Program-made: the position numbers and the translations under genes
NCBI GenBank assembly: GCA_951406725.2
Contig: OX597835.1
Span: 4,216,001 to 4,280,000, forward strand
Length of the DNA: 64,000 nucleotides
DNA from: Octopus vulgaris
Taxonomy: Eukaryota
Direction: 5' to 3'
The notes under the pieces: generated by a model
Database searches by the model: none
The model's input: the letters and a program-made list of their open reading frames with translations, nothing else
What the model was told of the DNA's origin: nothing
Part shown: piece after piece, positions 56,290-64,000 of the stretch
Position numbering within the stretch: position 1 is the first letter of the stretch
Layout: each line of letters starts with the position of its first letter

Positions 56290-57170
56290 CTTACCACGTC
56301 TTGCTGCGGTTTGTTTTTTGTCAATTGGTCAACTTAAGGCTTCTATTCACTGAGATTTCTCTACCGCATCTGGGAACGGACGATAGAAACGGAATATTGC
56401 AATTCAAAATTAACAATATTCCTCTTCTGCGTGGGGCGCAATTACTTGATCTTTACAGACTTTCGCATTCAGGTTGCGTTGCCCACCCGCACAGAATTCT
56501 GGACAGCGAGTAGGTGTAGTCGCAGTTCGTCTCCTTGACGGAGCTACAGTCCTGGCTGAGGTAAAGAACGAGGCTGGGAGTCCGGTTTCTGGAATGTCCT
56601 CAGTCGCAAACTACACTCTACCAGTCAGCTATTGGGATTGGTGGATGTTCGACTATAAAGCTTTTGTAGTGGAGAAACGTGGCGACGTTCTTGGCGAAGT
56701 TCTGGGAGTCGATGAAAACTGGTCAGTCTGTTGAGGAGAACTTTCGAGTGAGGGGCTCTAATGAACAACATCTAGAACTTCTTGACTTGGCGAATTTATT
56801 GGTATTGCCATCGGAGAAGCTTGTCTGAAATGCATGCAGAGTGGCGAAATCATTCTCCATGCGCTCTTTCAGTGCCAGGACATTGTGAGGTTAACAACAG
56901 GTGTCGCATGGGGGCAGATCTGGCTGTCAGCAGAGTTCATCGCGATAACTGTTCGTCGCTTTCTTTTAATAGCAGGGAATGGATTTGCTTTTCGTCTGTT
57001 GGCTATAACGAAAGAAATTGCGTCGAGGATGAGGTTGAAAGGTATGAAGACAGAGATATTTCGCTCTGATCCAGCTTCCGTCCTCTTGAAAAAAAAAAAA
57101 AGATGAAGCTGGAAAGGGGGATGCTGCTCTCGAGTGAATTTACTAAAATGTGAGTGAGAGTGGTGAATGT
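56290..57170 (+). mobile_element. Degraded L1/Tx1-like LINE ORF2 C-terminal region
   Basis: CLKCMQSGEIILHALFQC knuckle, then LLAITKEIASRMRLKG...LSSEFTK; homologous to 12440-13190. Confidence 0.65.
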
Positions 57171-57906
57171 GACAGGAGACAGCTGTGGACGGAACCTCCA
57201 CTGATCCCTTTGTAGGTTGGAAAACGGCAGTTCCAGAATGAACTTGGATCTGTGAGGATTCTTTGATTGGCATCACCACCAAAACTATCCTCCCCTCCTC
57301 CCCCTCAATATACAAACTAGAACGATCAACTACCAGGCACACCTTTTGTATTTGTGGAAATTGTTAGCAAATTCGAGAGAAACTGTTGGTACAAAATCCT
57401 CCCCCATACCGCATGAGAAGAGAGAGAGAGTATGTCAGTGTACAACTGTCTTTATATGGAACTCATTGATAAGCCTGTCAGTTGTTTACTAACGAAAATA
57501 TGTTTATTTACTTAAAGACAAACACACACACACACATGCTCACACACTCACTCGCGAGCGCACGCAGGCATACGTACACACACAATACATTCATACGAAC
57601 ATTTACAGACAGACGTGCGTGTGTAATTGTGGACTGATGGATACGGTTAGAAAATGGCAGAAAAGTTCCGGTCATCCACCTGTTTGGCCCACCATCCTTC
57701 ATCTAGCTATTTCTGGGTGCATATAAGTGTTTATTAGTGTGTGTGCGTATGTGTATAGGTGTGTGTGTTTGTGTGTGTATGTATATACGTACGATTGTGT
57801 GTATGTATTATGTATGCATGTATGCATGCATTTTTATACATATGTGTGGCGTGTGTGTGTATATATATATATACGTATAAGGATATCTACCTAGAAATAT
57901 ATATTG

Positions 57907-57939
<33 letters not shown>

Positions 57940-58417
57940 ATTGGTCAAAGATGGAATTTCACAGAAAGTTAACAATTTCTTGCTTCAATGACTGATGCTA
58001 ATATAAAATGGCTGGAAGTGTTGATGTGTTTGACAACTTGAAACTGCCACCAGTACAAAACCTGTCTGTCTGTCTCTTCCCCGCTTTCCCCTCTCTCTTT
58101 CCTCCCCCTCTCTCTCTCTCTCACCTTTCCTCTCCCTCTCTCTCTCTCACCTTTCCTCCCCCTCTCTCTCCCTCTCTGTCTTTAATGCCACCGTTTTCCA
58201 ATAAATGGTCATTTAAGCACTTACGGCATCAGTTTCACTTGATGATTTATTTAGTAGAGTACAACCAAGACAAGAGACTACGTTTTGCTCCACAGAATCG
58301 TCGATGCGGTTTCAATCCTGAACTGAAGCAAGGAGTGTTTAGAACGTTGTACAAAAAAGCGCAAACACAGCAATTTTTAGTGGGTGGGGGGTTTAATTAG
58401 TCAACTGGAAGTCAACC

Positions 58418-58820
58418 TTTAATTATTTTAGATAAAAATATACGTAGCCCCTACTGAATATATAGAGTGTCTCTTTCGTTTATTTACTCACACGTATATA
58501 TATATATATATATATATCGGACACTGGCTCGTGGGGTCATCAGGGGAGAATGTGCGCCGTTCGAGGCCTTCCTCTGGACGGTATTACTGCACACCGCTCT
58601 TCACCACCACCACTATCACCGCCACTGAGATGAGGCCCCACTTACTAGATGTATATATATATACATTCGGCCCTGTCTGCGCCCGATGCGCTATCTTCCT
58701 GTAACGGGCCTACGAAACCTTAAATTGCATGAGATCGAATTTAATTATTTTAGATAATAATATATGTAACCCCTACTGAATATGTAGAGTGTCCCCTTCG
58801 TTTATTTACTCCCTCGCATA
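58418..58820. repeat. Diverged direct repeats of about 80 bp (58418-58500 / 58740-58820) around a GC-richer insert
   Basis: TTTAATTATTTTAGATAA...CCCCTACTGAATAT.TAGAGTGTC...TTCGTTTATTTACTC occurs twice. Confidence 0.85.
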
Positions 58821-59063
58821 CATACATACATATACATGTAGTTATATGCACCCACACACACACACAGTGTGTACTGAAGCCCATTTCCGCCCCCGCCCCT
58901 ACATACGTCAGTCGCAAAGAAACGAGAAATGTTAATGTGTGGCGGCCATGTTCTCTGTTTAACTTATCAACATTGTTGCTGTCTTAAACAGATTCGAATT
59001 AATTCGCCGCTACTTTACCTCTACCATGATACCGTCATTTGATAGCCTCACTGCAGTCGGGGA

Positions 59064-59072
59064 GTAGTAGTA

Positions 59073-59141
<69 letters not shown>

Positions 59142-59301
59142 TTGGCGGTGGTGGGGTGACGACCGTGGTGGTGTTGGTGGTGGGGCTGTGGTGGTGGCGG
59201 CGGAGATGATGGTGTTGGTGGTGGTGGCTGTGGTGGTGGTGGTGGTGGTGGTGGTGGTGGTGGTGGTGGTGGTGGTGGTGGTGGTGGTGGTGGTGGTGGT
59301 G
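59064..59301. repeat. (TAG)n and (TGG)n microsatellites
   Basis: Directly visible. Confidence 0.95.
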
Positions 59302-59538
59302 TTAGTAGTTGGTGGAACCGTAAAACGAAGGAAGCTTCTGCGCGTTCGTTTGATCTGCTAAAAATAACAACCAAATCCTTATCCCCAAAGTGCACCTTGG
59401 CGTTCTTTAAAAAACACGAAGAGCGCAATAAAAAAAATGTAGTCTTAGATAGACTATGGCAAACAAAGGCATGATGCTTGCAGCTGCCGTATGCTTGATA
59501 AGTTTGGTCGATGTGGTCGAACAACAACAACGACGACG

Positions 59539-60427
59539 AAGAAGTAGAAGAAGAAGAAGAAGGAGGAGAAGAAGAAGAAGAAGAAGAAGAAGAAGAAGGA
59601 GGAGGAGGAGGAGGAGAAGAAGAAGAAGAAGAAAAGAAGAAGAAGAAGAAGAAGGAGAAGAAGAAGAAGAAGAAGAAGAAGAAGAAGAAGAAGAAGAAAG
59701 AAGAAGAGAAGAAGAAGAAGAAGAAGAAGAAGAAGAAGAAGAAGAAGAAGGAGGAGGAGGAGAAGAAGAAGAAGAAGAAGAAGAAGAAGAAGAAGAAGAA
59801 GAAGAAGAAGAAGAAGGAGAAGAAGAAGAAGAAGAAGAAGGAGGAGAAGAAGAAGAAGAAGAAGAAGAAGAAGAAGAAGGAGGAGGAGGAGGAGGAGGAA
59901 GAGGAAGAGAAGGAGGAGAAGAAGAAGAAGAAGAAGAAGGAGGAGGAGGAAAAGAAGAAGAAGGAGGAGGAGGAGGAGAAGAAGAAGGAAAAGAAGAAGA
60001 AGGAAAAGAAGAAGGAGGATGAGGAGGAGGAGAAGAAGAAGAAGAAGAAGAAGAAGAAGATGAAGAAGGAGGAGGAGGAGGAGAAGAAGAAGAAGAAGAA
60101 GAAGGAGGAGGAGAAGAAGAAGAAGAAGAAGAAGAAGGAGGAGGAGGAGGAGGAGGAGGAGGAAGAGGAAGAGAAGGAGGAGAAGAAGAAGAAGGAGGAG
60201 GAGGAGGAAAAGAAGAAGGAAAAGAAGAAGAAGGAAAAGAAGAAGGAGGATGAGGAGGAGGAGAAGAAGAAGAAGAAGAAGAAGATGAAGAAGGAGGAGG
60301 AGGAGGAGGAGGAAAAGAAGAAGAAGAAGGAGGAGGAGGAGGAGGAGGAAGAAGAAGAAGAAGAAGATGAAGAAGGAGGAGGAGGAGGAGGAAGAAGAAG
60401 AAGAAGAAGAAGAAGAAGAAGAAGAAG

Positions 60428-60459
<32 letters not shown>

Positions 60460-60484
60460 GAAGAAGAAGACGAAGAAGAAGAAG
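59539..60484. repeat. (GAA)/(GGA) purine tract of about 950 bp
   Basis: Almost purine-only on the + strand; source of the poly-K/E/R/F/S ORFs. Confidence 0.97.
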
Positions 60485-60783
60485 TGGAGGCAATGTCTGG
60501 TGCAGAAAGGAACTGGTGAGAGAAAAAAAAGTTGACGAGTCCTTCCTCCAGCCCAGTTGTTGATGACGGTTCCGCCTGAGAGAATGTTGAAGTCAGTCAG
60601 GTAATATTACTTTCCCTGTTGTTAAGGGTGAATTCAGCCAAAGTAAATTGACCCGTCACCCGTCTCCACCCAGACATCATCCACTGAATACCTCCTGACC
60701 TCATCCTAATTAACAGATCGGTGTTGGGGCTAAAATATGTACCCGCACGAACTTTCTTCCGTGCCGACGCGGAACTTTCTTTC

Positions 60784-60816
<33 letters not shown>

Positions 60817-61284
60817 TTGACCCTCCCCTATCAACTTTTTTTCTCTCTCTACGCTCCATCCCTCTCTCTCTTTTTGTCTCTCTACCCCTTTTTGTCTGTC
60901 TGTCTCTATCCACCACACTCTCTCTCTCTCTCTCTCTCTTTGATCCTCCACTATCTACTTCTTCTCTCTCTCTCTACGCTCCATCTCTCTCTTTTTGTCT
61001 CTCCACTTCTTTTTGTCTGTCTGTCTGTCTGTCTCTATTCACCCCCCTCTCTCTCTCTGCTGCATGACGACAAGATGAAATGGTTTTGGTGTGTCACAGA
61101 AATATCTAAATTAATTTCTGTATTATCTTACCCTCGCCCCCACCGTCATCACCATCACAACCACAAACACAGAACGCCATCTGAAGAAAAGGAGTATGAC
61201 GGGATGGTCATGCCTGGAACATCGTCGCCCATGTAGGAGTGCAAACCAGAATTAGCCTGGGGTTAAATAACAACAACAACAGTA

Positions 61285-62270
61285 TGAAAGGCAAAATCGA
61301 CCTCGGCGGAATTTGAACTCAGAGGCAGACGAAATACGGCTACGCATTTCGCCCGGCGTGCTAACGTTTCTGCCAACTCGCCTCTTCTTAAAATAACAAT
61401 AGTTTGACTTTCGAAATCGTATCGCCTATTCAGGAATGAAGAGAATGTCGTGCCCCTTTATAGGGTCTTTAAAACTGATGGGCATTAAGGAGGTGTCCTT
61501 GAATCAGATCCCTAGTATAAAGGCTTCCAAAAAGCATGGATTTCACCAGATAATGGTTTTAAACTGGGTGAAGAATTCTGTCCACCAGCCAAGAAGATCA
61601 CGGTGAAATTTGAACTCAAAACGTAAATAATAGCACAAGGCTGGACGCTGTAGCAATTCCATTCAAATTTGCCGTCTTTGAAAGGATGAAAAGCTAAGAT
61701 GTCTTCGGCGAAATTTGAACTCAGAATGTAAAGAGTGATATGAAATACTGCAAGACATTTTGCCTGACTCTCTAACGATTCTGCCAGCTCGCCGCCATAT
61801 AGAGAGTAATATTAATAGGAGATAAGGAGGCATGTTGGCAAGATCGGTTGAGCGTCAGACAAAATACCTGGCATAATTTCGCCCGTCCTTACGTTCTGAG
61901 TTCAAATTCCCCTGAGGTCGACTTTGCCTTTACCAGTTGATCACCGTGGTCTGCGTAATCAACTTATACCCTCCCCCAAAATTGTTGGTCTTGAGCCAAA
62001 ATTTGAAAGCGATATCAATAGGAGTTGGTATTGCTGTAAAAGATGATTAGTTGGCGGAGTCGTTAAATTGTTGGGTAGAATGTCGCAGTGGTATTTGTTT
62101 TCTCTGTCTTCTGGGTTCGAATCCTGCCTAAGCGAACTTTGCCATTTATACTTTCGGGGTTGATAAAAATGTACAAGACAGTGGTCAACTTGTAGCATTG
62201 TTAGAATGCCTGACAGTTTGCCTGGTGATATCTGCTTCGGTTCTGTACATTCTGTGTTCAAATCTCACCG
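61285..62270. mobile_element. Cluster of partial and old SINE family C copies in both orientations
   Basis: TTTGAACTCAGA on the minus-type copies (about 61312, 61609, 61714); TCTGAGTTCAAAT-like on the plus-type copies (about 61895, 62110, 62250). Confidence 0.75.
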
Positions 62271-62590
62271 TATCTTTTAAAAATGGCGACAATTTTGTCA
62301 GGAATTGTCACCATAGAGGGGGGAGAGTAATTTGATTAATCAATGAGAACAGAATTTCCTTTGTTCGGTTGTAGATCAACAGAAATCACATTACTGCAGT
62401 TGTTGGTGTCTGCCACTCTCGCATACATACACCCCCCAGTCAGCCCTGATCGAACGCACATATTGTTAAAGACGTCCTAACCACGAACATACCGTCTTTT
62501 TTTCAGGCATAGTGTATCTAGGAGTACATGGAATAGCTTCCATCATAGATCTGTCGACTCAATCAGGGTTGAAATCAAACAAGACCACCA

Positions 62591-62710
62591 CCGATAGAAT
62601 AAGTACTAGGCTTACAAAGAATAAGTCCTGGGGTCGATTTGCTCGACTAAAGGCGGTGCTCCAGCATGGCCACAGTCAAATGACTGAAACAAATAAATGA
62701 CTAAAGAGAA
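62591..62710 (+). mobile_element. SINE family B, 3' half
   Basis: CCGATAGAATAAGTACTAGGCTTACAAAGAATAAGTCCTGGGGTCGATTTGCTCGACTAAAGGCGGTGCTCCAGC. Confidence 0.85.
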
Positions 62711-63478
62711 TAATAAAACCATACAATCAATAAAGAGACAAAAGAAACAATAAGATGATGCATTTTGATTTTATTAGGTATTTCTGTTTATTTCACAGAC
62801 GCTATAAATTTCACAGGGTACAACCTTAAAGTTGACACCGCTCGGTTAAACGAAGAAATTTTCTGTCTCGTTATTGGCTAAAAATACACAGTTTCTTCGA
62901 ATTTTAAACCTCTGTAACTTTTTCCTTCCTTTTTTTTCTCTCCACAATATCATACCTTCATAGCAATTAGACTGGAAAACTATGTTATTATAGCCGATTT
63001 TCAGACATTTTGCTGTCTTTAAAAAAAAATGCATATTTTGTGAATGGAAAAAAAAGTAGATCTCACATATGTAGTTCGGATTACATATTGTCCGGATAAC
63101 GTCTAATCCGATTTCAATTTAATCGCAGGAACCTCTGACAACAAAACGCAATGTTCATGACTGGGAAGTTTATGATTTTTTGAATGAAGAAAAGGAAAGA
63201 AAGAAAGACCGCGTTTAAACAACATCATCATCTTCATCAACAATATTATCAACAACAGCAGCAACAGCAGCAGCAGCGACTCTAACCATAATAGCAACAA
63301 TAACAAGAACAACAACAGAAGCAATAACGACAAAAAACAAGAAAGGACATTTTTTCACTGCATCCCAGAAGTCAACCGATTTACTGTCAGTGTAAGTAGA
63401 CACACACACACACACGCACACACACACACGCACACACACACATGCACACACACACATGCACACACACACACATACACG

Positions 63479-63512
<34 letters not shown>

Positions 63513-63946
63513 TGCACACACACACACACACACACGCACACACGCACACACACACACACACACATGCACACGCACACACACACACGCACATACACACACA
63601 CAGAGAGACATAGACACCCTCCACCCCCACCGCAAACTGCAGACTACTAATTAAGCCTCCATTAGAGCTCAATTAGGCATGCTTCATATAACAAAAATAA
63701 CCTGACTTGTTGTTAAAGTGTGGTTCGAGACAAACAGTCAGAAAGGAAGGAGGAGGAGGAAGAGAAGGAGGGGTAGGAGGCAGTCTTACACAGAAATTAC
63801 AGCCTTCTTTTGTACCCCCTCTCTCTCTCTTTCTCTCTCTCTTATTTTCTCCCTTACACCACTACCTTCACGTCTGTGATCCATCAACCATTAAAAATCC
63901 ACACGCCACGCCTTTACAACAACAACAGCAACCTTAACAACAACTC

Positions 63947-63979
<33 letters not shown>

Positions 63980-64000
63980 ATCTACCTTACATCGCGTGCC

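Noticed and set aside
59048-60563. Long ORFs of 481, 350 and 188 aa
   Set aside because: They are translations of trinucleotide repeats that lack stop codons; no domain content.

Overview
Repeat-saturated, AT-rich animal genomic DNA, probably intergenic or deep intronic. The very dense (TA)n/(CA)n/(TACA)n/(TCTA)n/(AAT)n microsatellites and the tRNA-derived SINE families suggest an octopus or other coleoid cephalopod (inference). I recognise no host protein-coding exon; almost all listed ORFs are translated microsatellites. Recognisable content: at least three tRNA-derived SINE families (called A, B, C here), truncated R4/Dong-like RLE LINEs sitting in (AAT)n, L1/Tx1-like LINE fragments, mariner remnants and a decayed Penelope-like RT fragment. 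The most interesting signal is a set of small non-coding inserts, mostly in or beside (TA)n arrays, that carry type I hammerhead ribozyme cores. The best case (21955-23016) is a near-identical 1.8-mer of a 596-bp unit with two intact hammerheads 596 nt apart, which is retrozyme architecture and predicts a 596-nt circular RNA. Several fold-back inserts and inverted duplications of flanking DNA (arms up to about 670 bp) also occur. All structures were read by eye and boundaries are approximate.
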